Source: Gracilinanus agilis (Eukaryota). Taken from it: 57,812 nucleotides of DNA. Positions 10,528-20,565 of this stretch are shown piece by piece (positions within the stretch are counted from its first letter, which is position 1; each line of letters begins with the position of its first letter). The stretch covers positions 26,587,791 to 26,645,602 of the forward strand of contig NC_058133.1 in the NCBI RefSeq assembly GCF_016433145.1. Direction: 5' to 3'. Both the position numbers and the translations under genes were made by a program. The notes beneath the pieces were generated by a model. The model saw only the letters and a list, made by a program, of their open reading frames with translations, did not search any database and had not been told where the DNA came from.

Positions 10528-13500
10528 GAAGCCTTTGCCTTCTATCTTAAAATCAATACTGTGTACTGGTTTACTGGTTCTAAAGCAGAAGAGCAGTAAA
10601 GGCTAGACAATGGGGGATAAGTGACTTGCCCAGGGCCATACAGCTAGGAAGAGAATGAGGCCACATTTGAACCCAGGACTTCCCAACTGCAGGCTGGTTC
10701 TCAATCTACTGAGCCACCTAGCTGCCCCCCCCCCCAAATAATATTCTTAAGTACCCAAAATGAAATGCATAGGATTACAAAGAAAATAAATTCTAGTAAA
10801 ATATGGTTAACAAAATATTGAAAACAAATTTAAAAAAAAAAAAAAAAGCTAAAACCCAGTTTGCAGACCCCAGGTTAACTGATCTGGAGACTTCAATCCT
10901 GGAAACTTTCAAGTGAAAACTCTGACCCTCTCTTGTGCCGCCCTCTCTCACAGAGGCCACACCCAGGGGCAGGGAGGGGAGGGCCTGTGGCTTGACCTTG
11001 TCATCATCATCCTCTTCTTCCTCCTCACTGGACTCCACATCGTCCATGTCCTCCTCCAGGGCACTGACTCGGGGCTCCAGCTGCTCGGCTTCTTCCAGCA
11101 CGTAGCGCTTCTGCAAGGCACAGAGGCAAAGGCATGAGCCCCTCCCATTTCAGGAGCCCCCTCTTCACACCTGGGGAAGCATTAGAAGATACTGGGACTT
11201 ACACAGAAGCCAAAGGGGGAAAGAGCTGGATCTACAGCCCAGGCCTTCAGATTTTTTTTTTTTTAAACTCTTACCTTCTGTCCTAGTAGCAATTTGAAGA
11301 GCAGTAAGTGTTGGCAATGGGGATTAAGTGACTTGCCCAAGGACACACTTAGGAAGCGTATGAGTTCAGGTCTCTAGCCCTGGCTCTATCCACTGAGCCA
11401 CCTAGCTGCCTCCAGAACACATTTTTTTTTCATTTTAGATACATATTATTATATTAAGAAAAGATTCATTCTATTCTTATGCTTTTTCATTTGAATAACA
11501 AATTTCCCCATAAGTTTTCCAAAGTCACATAACCCAAATTGTCTCCCCCCCCCACCATCACCACCCCCCAACAAGCATTTCAATCTGGGTTTTACATGTA
11601 TTATCACACAAAACACGCTTCCATATTATTCATTTTTTGTAAGTGAACAATCTGATAAAACCTAAACCCTAAAACATATACCCAGGTAAGTAAGTGATAA
11701 ATCGAATGCTTTCATCTGCATATATACTCCAACAGTTCTTTCTCTGGAGGTGGAAAGCATTCTTTTTTAGAATTCCCCCCGAACACCTTTAATAGAAGCC
11801 AACTCTACAGTCAAGTCATGAAGTCTGTTGGCACAACATTCTGCCCATCACCATTTCTATGAAATTCATTTTCTCTGGTAACACCCTTTGGGAGGATTTA
11901 TGCTTTGAAGGATTAGGGAGTGACATCAGGCAGAGTGTAGCAATGAGGAAACAGTGACGAGAGAAGGAAGTGATGGACAGAATAGGGAAAGTCATTGAAC
12001 TCAGCACTCTAGGCATTTCCAAGACTAGAAGTTGCAAAGAAGATGCTAGTCTGCCTTTTTTTCAAAACTTCTTGAAGCAGAGGTCCTCACCTTTTTCATT
12101 GATAACTATATTTCACTATAATTGACTTCCTCTGTAATCCTAGATATTTTATTTTGGTTTATAACATGATTCTGAGAAGACCACCAAAAGGGTCCAAGAC
12201 ACACAAGATGAAGAGTCCCCATTATCAAGGTTTATGCACTAGCCTGATGTGCCATTAGAGTCCAGGCCAACTTTGAACAAGAATGTAGCTTGAGCAGCTA
12301 GCCAGAGGATAAAGGCCTGGGCTCAGCTAGCACAGCAAGCAGGTGGGGTCTGCCTGCCCCATGGGGTAGCCACAGGCTGCAGAGTTATGTAAAACCTAAC
12401 CTGTAGCAGGAAACCAGATAGGGGAAGCATGACACTTAAGTCTTCCAGTAGCTGCAAGATTGCTTTGTTTGTGTTCTAGTAGAGAAAAAACTGGCCTCAG
12501 AGCTGGCAAGATCTGGGGTCAAGTCCTGTCTGTTATAGATCCTGATTGTGGGACTTTGGGAAAGTCACTGAACTCAGTACTCTAGGCAACTCTCAGACTA
12601 GAAGTTGCAGAAAAGTTGCCAACCTGCCTTCTTCCCCCACAAGCTCCCCATACACATGAAATCCCAAGTCAAATCCTTATCTCCAGACTATGTGAAGAGA
12701 GAAATCAGACTTTCTCTGCTTGGCCTCAGATGACAAAACCAGGAAAAATGGAGGGGATGTTCTAGAAAGGCAGATCTGAGGTCAACATAAAGAAAGACTT
12801 CCTAACAACTAATGGGGCCCAAAGGCAGAATAAGGGGCCTCCAGAGAGATTAAGGTTCTTTCTCCTCCCTGGAGGTCTTTATGACTACTTGTCAGGGCCA
12901 TTTTGGAAGACATCCTTATTTAGAAGTGGACTAGACCTCTGAGGCCCCTTCCAGTTCTAGGAGCAGATGGTTGCAATGGACTTTGTCTCACAAGGCGGGG
13001 AAGACAAATGATAATTCAAAGTAGCAAGGCTGGACTACAACCCCAAGTCTGGAATCATCATCTTCTAAGCCACCTGGGAGCAGAGGGACGATGGGCAAGG
13101 AAAGCCAACTATACTTTGGTGGGAGCTTTTGTCTATTGCTAAGTGGAATGTTGTTCTTGTTGATTCCCAGCCATTCAGGGCCAGGCTCAGGGAAATGAGG
13201 CTGCTGTTTCAGTCTGGGTCCAATAAGAACTCTTGTCCCTTTGATGGAATTTTCCCCTCCAGAACCCTGCTTTCCTCCACTGCACAAATCTCTCAGTAAC
13301 CACCAGTCCAACACAAGCTGTACCTTGCACAGGGACCCGCAGCTAGGTTGCACAGGGACCCGCAGCTAGGTTCTTTCTAGGCTGCTGTTCTGGCAGCAGA
13401 GAAACCTGAACAGTGTGATTCTGAGCTGGCAGCCTACATGCCCATGAAAGTCATTTCATCTGACCCTCTCATTTGCCAGATGTAGATGGAGAGGCCCAAA

Positions 13501-16500
13501 GGGAGGCTGGCCCACCAGTGAGTTAATGGCAAGGCTAGAGTCCCAGGACCACAATCTTTCTGCCACACCAAGTGACCGGAGATTCCCTTAAGTCATTAGG
13601 GCTGAATTTTCCCTTCTGCTCCATTGCCTGAGGCAATGTCCTTTTCAGCTTCCATACTTTTAAACAATACAGACCAGACCTGAGGCTCAGAGCACCATAT
13701 AGAGCCCAGGACACTCTGCTCAGGAGACATCTGTCTCTTACCTGAAGCCGGGGCAGGATGATGTCACAAACCCGCTCACTGTGTAGTAGCTCATCAATAA
13801 ACTCATCCACGTGCATCAGCTCAAATTCTGGGAAGAAACAGCCAACAGCTCAGCCCAGCAGAGTGCCAAGCAGGAAGTGGGGACCTGGAGAGACTGACCG
13901 AATCTAGAGCATCAGAAAGGAAGCCAGAAAGCCTGATCCACCTGGCTGGTGAGAAACGGGGGCCATGATCAGAGCCCCCTGCAAGTTGGTTCTGACCCAA
14001 TGCAAGGAAGGATTTCCCTAAAGTGAAAGCATTCCAACAATGGACTCCACCTAGTCACTGAGGATATAGAAGAGACACAGCCCCTGTTCTCAAGGAATAT
14101 GGACTCACTTTTACTGAATGACATACAAAGTATAACACCCCTGTAGGGGGTGAGGGATGGAGGGGGAGGGAGGGCTGAAAAAGGAATTCATATTTTAGAC
14201 AGAGTTCAGTCAATCTACAAGTATTTACTGAGTGTGTCCTGTATGTCAGGCACTATGCTAAGTACCGGGAATACAGAGAAAGATAAAGGATAATCCCTGC
14301 TCTCAAGGAGCTACTCACAATCTCATGGAGGAGAAAACATGTTAAAGACTATGGACAAACAGGATATAAACAAAATAAACTGAGGGGAGTCTCAAAGGAA
14401 AGGTGCTTGCACTTAGGGGGAATCAGAAATGGCTTCCTGCAGGAGGTTAGGTTTTAGTTGAGACTTGAAGGAAGCCAGGAGGCAGAGATGAAAAAGAGTG
14501 TTCCAGGCCTGGGGCACAGCCAAGGGAAAGGCTCATTCTGGAGATGGAGGGTCACAGGTGAACAACAGTAAGGATACCATTATCCTAGATCAGAGTAGGT
14601 GCAGGGGTGAGACTTTTTATGTGAAGGTTTGAGACTGACTTTAAGTGAGGGATGAAGGACACAGAGCCCAGATGGCTTTTCCTGGGGTGGGGAGCACCTT
14701 CCCACCTAAGATGAAAAATAATGGTCAGGGGTATAAGGCACCATTGCTGGGGCTCCCCTTTTGGCCAGGGTCTTCCCAACACAACTGTCTATGTGGTTAG
14801 CCTTTTTTCTTTCCCTCATCCCCAGCTCTCTTGGGTGAAGACATTCCTGACTACAACTTGGAATTTACCTGCTAATTCCAGAATCTCATGATATGCTTTC
14901 AACTAAGCAGCCACTGGGAATGACGGGAAGACATGTGGGTCAAACAAGCATGAGACAAGGGGGTCACTGATCTGAGTTCAAAAAACACAGCAGGATCACA
15001 CTCACCTCCATTTCGGTTCTGGCTCTTAATTTTCCGATAGTCATTGTATAGAGGCTCTAAATACTTATAGCAGTCAATGGCAGTGCCCGTCAGCCTCATG
15101 TACAGGGCCCCCAACATGCGGACATATCTGAAAAAAGAAGTCAATGAAGTGGCCACCCTAAGATTCAGGAAAAGGCTAACACCCTCAGATAACTAGCAGT
15201 CCTCAAAACATACAAATGACTTGTCAAGACCTCTACTAGGCCTAGACCCCAAAAAGACCCTAGGAAAAGGAAGGACCCATAGGCCCAAAATATTTGTGGC
15301 AGCTCTCTCTGTGGTGACAAAGAACAAGGAACTTGGGGGATGTCCATTAACTGAGAAATGGTAGAACAAGTTAGGTTATATGAATTTAAAAGAATTACTA
15401 CAATGACATAAAAAATGGCAAAAAGGATAATTTCAGAGAAACCTGGGAAGACCCGTATGAACTGATGCAGAGTGAAGTGAGGGGAGGAAGAACACTTTAC
15501 ACCAGGGGTCGGCAACCTTTTTGGCCGTGAGAGCCATAAACGCCACATTTTTTAAAATGTAATTTCGTGAGAGCCGTACAGTGCTCACAGTGCGCGCTCC
15601 TGTAACAGCGCCTGAAAAAAAATTGACTTTATGGCTCAAGAGCCATACGTTGCCGACCCCTGCTTTACACAGTAATGGCTACAACATTGTCCATATAAAC
15701 CACTCTGAAAGACTTCAAATCCCTAATTAAGGCAATGAGCTGCCATGGTTCCAGGGGACCAAGGATGAGGCCTGCTACCCACCTCCTAACAGAGAGCTGA
15801 CAGACTAAAGATGCATTTATGCACATGGCCAACAGGTGAATTTGTTGTGCTTGACCACATGTGTCACAAGAGTTTTGTTTTTCTTTGAAACTGGTAGTAG
15901 GGGTAAGAAGGAGAGAAAATAAATACTTGTTAAGTGGAAAACAAAATAAAAAGTTTAAAAACCATATAACTCGTTAGTTTGCCAGGTGGTTCTGCCATTC
16001 ACCAGCTGTGTTACTTTAAGCAGGTGACTTGTGGACTTGGGTTTCCTCCTTTGTCAATTGAGGCTCATCCACCTCAACAGTCTCTGCCTCCCAAAAGGGC
16101 CAAGAGAACCAAGTGAAATACACAGGTGCCTAATAAATGTCTACTGGATGAATGTATATAAATGTCCTTTAATTCTTATTATTTTCATGATCTCCCCTCT
16201 GGCAGAGGAAGAAGCTGCAGTTCACCAAGAGCAGAAGCTATATGTCACCCTCTTACTACCAGCCATCTTTGGTGAAGGCTCCTTCCTCCCAAAAGACCCA
16301 GTCAAAGACCTGGTTCCCCCATTCACCTACTGCAACTGTGCTCAGTTCACTTCTTAAGCCTCAGTTTCTTCAACTGTAAAATGAGCAGCGATAGTTTTAA
16401 TGCCTACCTCACAACCCTCTGGATTCAAACAAGAAATAACAGCTGCTCCTCCTCCTCACCCCTACACCTTGTGTCTGGCTAGATTTAAGTTTTACATGGA

Positions 16501-19500
16501 ACAGGGCAGCTAGGTGTCTCAGTGAACAGAGTACCATGCCTGGGGCCAGGAGGACCTGGGTTCAAATTTGACCTCAGATAATTCCCAGCTGCACGACTTG
16601 TAACAAGTCATTTAACTCTTAACTACCTTGCCATTGCCACTCTTCTGCCTTGGAATTGATACTAAGATAGAAGGTAAAAGTTTTAGAAAAATTAATGCTA
16701 AGACAGAACTTAAGAGTTTAAAAAAGATTTCCATGAAGCTCCTTCTTCCCTTTCTCCCTCCCTCTAAGGAAGAAGCACAGGTGTTACTGCTTCTCCTTTT
16801 ATAGTTAGGGTAAATTTGCCCAGAATTCTAGTCAGTGAACGTGAGTGGAAAGGAAAGTTACTGTGTAAAGCTTAAAGCACAGGTTATTGCTGAAATGGGC
16901 TCTGGGAGGTTTTTTTATATTCTTGTACAATGTCAACTTGACTCAACAGTGATTATTTGTTGTTGAACCTCCAGACCCTTACCATGCTCTATTAAATCTT
17001 AGGGAGAAGCAAATCTCAGCTCAGAGCTTCTATACTAGAGCTGTACAATGTGGTATGGACTGACATTAGAAGAGAGTGAAGTCCCCATCACAGGAGGCAT
17101 TCAAGTGGTAAGTGGATCAACCCTTGACTGGGGAAAGGCCAGACATCTGCTGCCATCTAATCCTATTAACTACAGACTCCTGAGCAGAAAGAGATATCAA
17201 GTGGTCAAATGTGGGTCCAACCTTCCCCCACAATGCAGGAGCCCTCTCTATAATATTCCTAATGAACAGCATGTGGCCAGAAGCAGAGGCAGACTCTTCT
17301 ACCAGGGAACAAATCTGCCAGCTTCTAAGTTCTTCTTTCTAAAGGTGAGCTGAACCTGGTCTCCACTTCCACCTTCTTAAAGAATGGGCATGACCCACTT
17401 CCATCTGATGCCCCTTCACATAACACAGGCTCACTGCCCATGCCTCTCCTCTCCAGGCCAGATTAATCCCAGATCCTCTGACTTGCCCTGCTATGATGCT
17501 TTACTAGGAAGCCTCCAACAGGTTGTCAATGAGGCTCTTAAAAGGTGACAGGGTCAGGCCAGTGCAATAAATCTGTCTTCCTCACTTTTTTTCCTAACAC
17601 CTTTTTGATAAAAGTGACTGGAGATGCTTAGGAGAAGAGGAGGGCGGAATTGGATTCTATACATCATCTCTAGAAAGGGGCTTTATAGTTGGAAAGCACC
17701 TTGGTGTAACCATCTAATCCCACTTCCTCAATTTACTAATCAGGGAACTGAGGCCCAGGGAGGTTTGACAGAATCATACAAGGATTTTTTACTAGAATTT
17801 AAGTCCATTCCTACTTAAAGTCTACTGAAAAGTTATAACTCCATAAGGAAGTAAAGACCAACAGTATACCAGAAAGAACACAATTACTAAATAAAAGAAG
17901 AAATTCCTGTCATCAAGAGTAACCTCAGGAGATTAATCTGCTGAAGACTCACCCCTTAGCCAAAGCTGCACTAAATGGGCTACTGGGTATCTGCATCTTT
18001 CTCACTTACTTGAAATCCTCATTTTTAATGAATTCTACTATGATGTCCTTCTCCGGTTGTATTTGTAACATCTTCAAGGTCAGGCACAGGAAAGGAGTTG
18101 GCTTGATGTTGCCGCCATAGACGCCACCCACGAACCTCAATTCCATGGCTTTATCCACAACAAGCTCAGCTGAATCCAAAAGATAAAGTTACAAGGGAAT
18201 GACCAAGCTAACCAGACAAACCTGCAAAAGTTTTCAATGTACAGAAGCATGGCTTGGCCCTCAGCTCTATACATTCATCAAATGTTCACAGGAAACTCTT
18301 AAGGCAATGACTAGAAAAGTGCTTTTCCCTTATCAATAGCTCTGCCCATTCCTAGAACCTGAAAATAAGAAAATATTTTAGCCTATTAAGGCCAACATTC
18401 TAATGTTTTATTTCTGTTTTTTAAAACCCTTACCTTAGGGGCAGCTAGATGGCTCAGTGGATTGAGAGTCAGGCCTCAGACAATTCCTAGTGGTGTGACC
18501 CTGGGCAAGTCACTTAACCCCAAGAGCTCTTACCACTCTTCTGCCTTGGAACCAATACAAAGTATTGTTCTTATTGTATGTGTTGCAATAATAATAATAT
18601 TATTGTTAATAATAATACTGTGTCTGAGGCCATATTTAAACCTAGGACCTTCCATCTCCAGGCATGGCTTTCTATCCAATGAGACCCTTTGCTGCCCCAG
18701 AATGACAGAATGTTAGTCCTTTCACTTCTAGTTGGAAGGGTTAAGTTTAGGTTTCTGAGTGCTCTCCCCCTAAAATTATTTTGTAGGTTTTTGATTGACT
18801 TACTTGCATCTACAATGTTCAGTCCACCCCAATCCTCCAGTAGACTAAGTTCTGGAGAACAGGGCCTATTTTAAACTTTTTAGGCCCAGTATTGAGAAGT
18901 ATGTGGCACACAGCTTAGTGTATGCTGAATGAAACCAAACATGGACAGTTCTGATCATCAAGTTTTCCCTGACATTAAGCAGATACCCTATATAGCTCCT
19001 GGCAAAGGATCATATATTTCTTCTACATGTTGTTGTTGAGTCATTTCAGTCCTGCCTGACTCTTCATGGCCCCAAGTAGGGTTTCCTTGGCAGAGATACC
19101 AAAGTGGTTTGCCATTTCCTTCTCCAGCTTTTTGACAGAAGAAGAAACTGAGGCCAAATTTTAACGCAGGTCTTCCTGATTCCAGGCTTAGCTCTCTATC
19201 TACTGAGCCACCACCTTGCCTACAGCTTATGCTAAGGAGCATCCAAGGGCACATATCAAACATGGTGCCTCATTCCTGGATGGTTGTAGAATAAGAAATA
19301 TGCTAGAATGAAATGGGGCCCAACTATAGTGTCCAAGGGGCTGCCAGTCTTCTCCAGTCCAAACTCAATAATATCTGGGGATAAGGTGCCTCTGAGACCG
19401 TCCAGTCTAGGCTGGATGTGAACACGTACACAACCCGGGGGGGGGGGGGGGGGGCAGCCGGATACAGAGGGAAGGGCCTGGAGCTGGAAGACCTGGGTTC

Positions 19501-20086
19501 GAATTCTGCCTCTGACGCTTTCCAGCTCTGAAATGAGGACCCGATTACACCAGCTTCCGGAGTTCGTATAGTGATAGGCACTGATTAAGCACCTACTGGG
19601 TTGCTGGGAACAAGAGGACCAAAATGCCCTCCAGAAGCTTGTTTCGCCGCGACAGAACCTAAGTACCTCCTAGGCAGGGTCAGGCGCTGGGGTACAAGTA
19701 CAGGACGGAGGCCGTCCCCCCAGCCCCAAGGGCCCCGGTAATACTCGAAAGAAGCCTAAACGTCAGGGCCTGTAGGAGCTCCCGGGGCTCTGCTTGAACA
19801 TTTGCTCTTACACGGAGCTCACTGCCAGCAGGGATTGGGGGGCGAGGAGGGGGCGGAGACGAGGAGCATCCTCCTTCCCGAGAAGGCCTATCCCCGTGAG
19901 GAGACGCTCGAGGCGGGTCAGGGACAGACCTCGACCCCCCACCCCCAGCCGCTCACCTGTGAGCCCGAAGCACTCCTCCTTCCAGTACTTGGACTCATAG
20001 ATTCGAGTCCGGATGATCTTCTCCACCAGATACTGCGGGTTGGTGCCGTGGATGCTGTGAGCATCCTTTACCGTCCGGTTCGCCAT
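7399..20086 (-). CDS. PRPF38A: Pre-mRNA processing factor 38A, spliced CDS of 10 exons, 942 nt, 313 aa
   Basis: Exons 19957-20086, 18010-18169, 15006-15127, 13742-13827, 10997-11110, 8483-8595, 8370-8396, 8089-8186, 7823-7871, 7399-7441. All GT-AG and phase-consistent. MANRTVKDAHSIHGTNPQYLVEKII...RS domain...KKSRRGNE*. Confidence 0.98.
7823..7871 (-). CDS. PRPF38A: PRPF38A exon 9
   Basis: GHHRSHRHRSHSKSPER; AG/GT flanks. Confidence 0.95.
8089..8186 (-). CDS. PRPF38A: PRPF38A exon 8
   Basis: SPSPRRERHRSKSPRRHRSRSRERRHRSRSKSP. Confidence 0.95.
8370..8396 (-). CDS. PRPF38A: PRPF38A exon 7 (27-nt microexon)
   Basis: RRSRSPKRR; ttacag acceptor, gtgagc donor. Confidence 0.93.
8483..8595 (-). CDS. 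PRPF38A: PRPF38A exon 6
   Basis: LERAPSPDHRRRSYRDLDKPRRSPTLRYRRSRSRSPR. Confidence 0.95.
8709..8856 (+). mobile_element. 5'-truncated SINE1_Mdo-like tRNA-derived SINE
   Basis: B-box GGTTCAAAT, CCTGGGCAAGTCAC core and CAGTATTGATTC..GAAGG tail. Confidence 0.85.
10492..10528. repeat. (GT)n microsatellite forming the tail of the adjacent SINE
   Basis: Direct reading of the GT dinucleotide run. Confidence 0.95.
10529..10728 (-). mobile_element. Full-length SINE1_Mdo-like SINE
   Basis: Reverse complement starts GGGGCAGCTAGGTGGCTCAGT and has the same core and tail as the 8709 copy. Confidence 0.88.
10997..11110 (-). CDS. PRPF38A: PRPF38A exon 5
   Basis: KRYVLEEAEQLEPRVSALEEDMDDVESSEEEEEDDDDK. 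Confidence 0.96.
11260..11410 (-). mobile_element. SINE1_Mdo-like SINE
   Basis: AAGTGACTTGCCCAAGG...CACTGAGCCACCTAGCTGCC. Boundaries approximate. Confidence 0.75.
11420..11780 (-). mobile_element. L1 3'UTR fragment
   Basis: Marsupial L1 3' end motifs (CTTTCTCTGGAGGTGGAAAGCAT, ATGCTTTCATCTGCA). Boundaries approximate. Confidence 0.6.
13325..13372. repeat. Perfect 23-bp tandem duplication
   Basis: TTGCACAGGGACCCGCAGCTAGG occurs twice, at 13325-13347 and 13348-13370. Confidence 0.95.
13742..13827 (-). CDS. PRPF38A: PRPF38A exon 4
   Basis: EFELMHVDEFIDELLHSERVCDIILPRLQ. Confidence 0.96.
14200..14570 (+). mobile_element. L2 3'-end fragment
   Basis: CAAGTATTTACTGAGTG..GTCAGGCACTATGCTAAG..CCCTGCTCTCAAGGAGCT. 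Approximate. Confidence 0.65.
15006..15127 (-). CDS. PRPF38A: PRPF38A exon 3
   Basis: YVRMLGALYMRLTGTAIDCYKYLEPLYNDYRKIKSQNRNG. Confidence 0.97.
15300..15960 (+). mobile_element. L1 3' fragment interrupted by a hAT MITE
   Basis: GAACTGATGCAGAGTGAAGTGAG continues after the MITE with AGTAATGGCTACAACATTGT. Approximate. Confidence 0.6.
15503..15662. mobile_element. Non-autonomous hAT/Charlie-type DNA transposon (MITE), 160 bp
   Basis: Perfect 14-bp TIRs CAGGGGTCGGCAAC / GTTGCCGACCCCTG; perfect 8-bp TSD CTTTACAC at 15495-15502 and 15663-15670. Confidence 0.95.
16503..16690 (+). mobile_element. SINE1_Mdo-like SINE
   Basis: GGGCAGCTAGGTG..GGTTCAAAT..CTCTTCTGCCTTGGAATTGATACTAAGATAGAAGG. Confidence 0.8.
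18010..18169 (-). CDS. PRPF38A: PRPF38A exon 2
   Basis: AELVVDKAMELRFVGGVYGGNIKPTPFLCLTLKMLQIQPEKDIIVEFIKNEDF. Confidence 0.97.
18437..18570 (+). mobile_element. SINE1_Mdo-like SINE
   Basis: GGGGCAGCTAGATGGCTCAGTGGATTGAGAG head and CTCTTCTGCCTTGGAACCAATAC body. Confidence 0.8.
19028..19215 (-). mobile_element. MAR1-like CORE-SINE with RTE-type tail
   Basis: TGTTGTTGTTGAGTCATTTCAGTC..GTGGTTTGCCATTTCCTTCTCCAGC. Related copies near 35280-35450, 41690-41880 and 42160-42380. Confidence 0.7.
19957..20086 (-). CDS. PRPF38A: PRPF38A exon 1 coding part
   Basis: ATG at 20086 in AAAATGG context; MANRTVKDAHSIHGTNPQYLVEKIIRTRIYESKYWKEECFGLT; gtgagc donor. Confidence 0.97.
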
Positions 20087-20454
20087 TTTCGGAAGCTGGC
20101 GGCGGCGGTGCCTACTCCACGGCACTTCCGGCGGCCTCCTTCTGCGTCACTTCCACACGAGCCAAGCGGGAAGTGTGATCTGAGAGGATTCGGCGCGGGA
20201 GATGACGTCACATAGGCTGACACCTTGGAATCGGGCACGCGACAGCGACGTCTCTACCTGCCCAAATGAGGCCTTGCAATGATGATGTAAGCGAGAAGAA
20301 GGGCGTAGGGGCGGAGCTCCTGGACGTCGAGCGGCATTTTGAAGGAGGGAGGGGCGGAAGAGGGAAGAGGCGGAGACAAAGGCTTCGCGCCCGGATGGAT
20401 GGGGGCGGGGAAGGGGAGGGACCTTACGGCACGTAAGGGGCGGGACCAAGTTGG

Positions 20455-20462
20455 TTTGGCGC
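20455..20462 (+). promoter_or_regulatory. ORC1: E2F site TTTGGCGC at the ORC1 end of the promoter
   Basis: Exact match to the E2F consensus TTTSSCGC; ORC1 is an established E2F target. Confidence 0.8.
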
Positions 20463-20479
20463 GAATTTTTCTTTTTTTC

Positions 20480-20565
20480 AAGGTTCTTTCCAGCTTTGCT
20501 GGCGGCGGCGGGAAAGGATAGCTGCTTTCACGCCGAGTCTCGGAGGGAGCGAGGGGCTCTAGAGG
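20480..20565 (+). other. ORC1: ORC1 non-coding exon 1 (5' end approximate)
   Basis: Donor GAGG|gtgagc at 20566; the coding exon at 22398 has an acceptor 10 nt before the ATG. Confidence 0.6.

Noticed and set aside
18437-18500. tRNA gene-like A/B boxes
   Set aside because: These are tRNA-derived SINE heads continuing into CORE and tail sequence, with no cloverleaf.
20087-20125. N-terminal extension MPWSRHRRRQLPK of PRPF38A
   Set aside because: It starts at GTG and lies over promoter motifs; the conserved protein begins MANRT.
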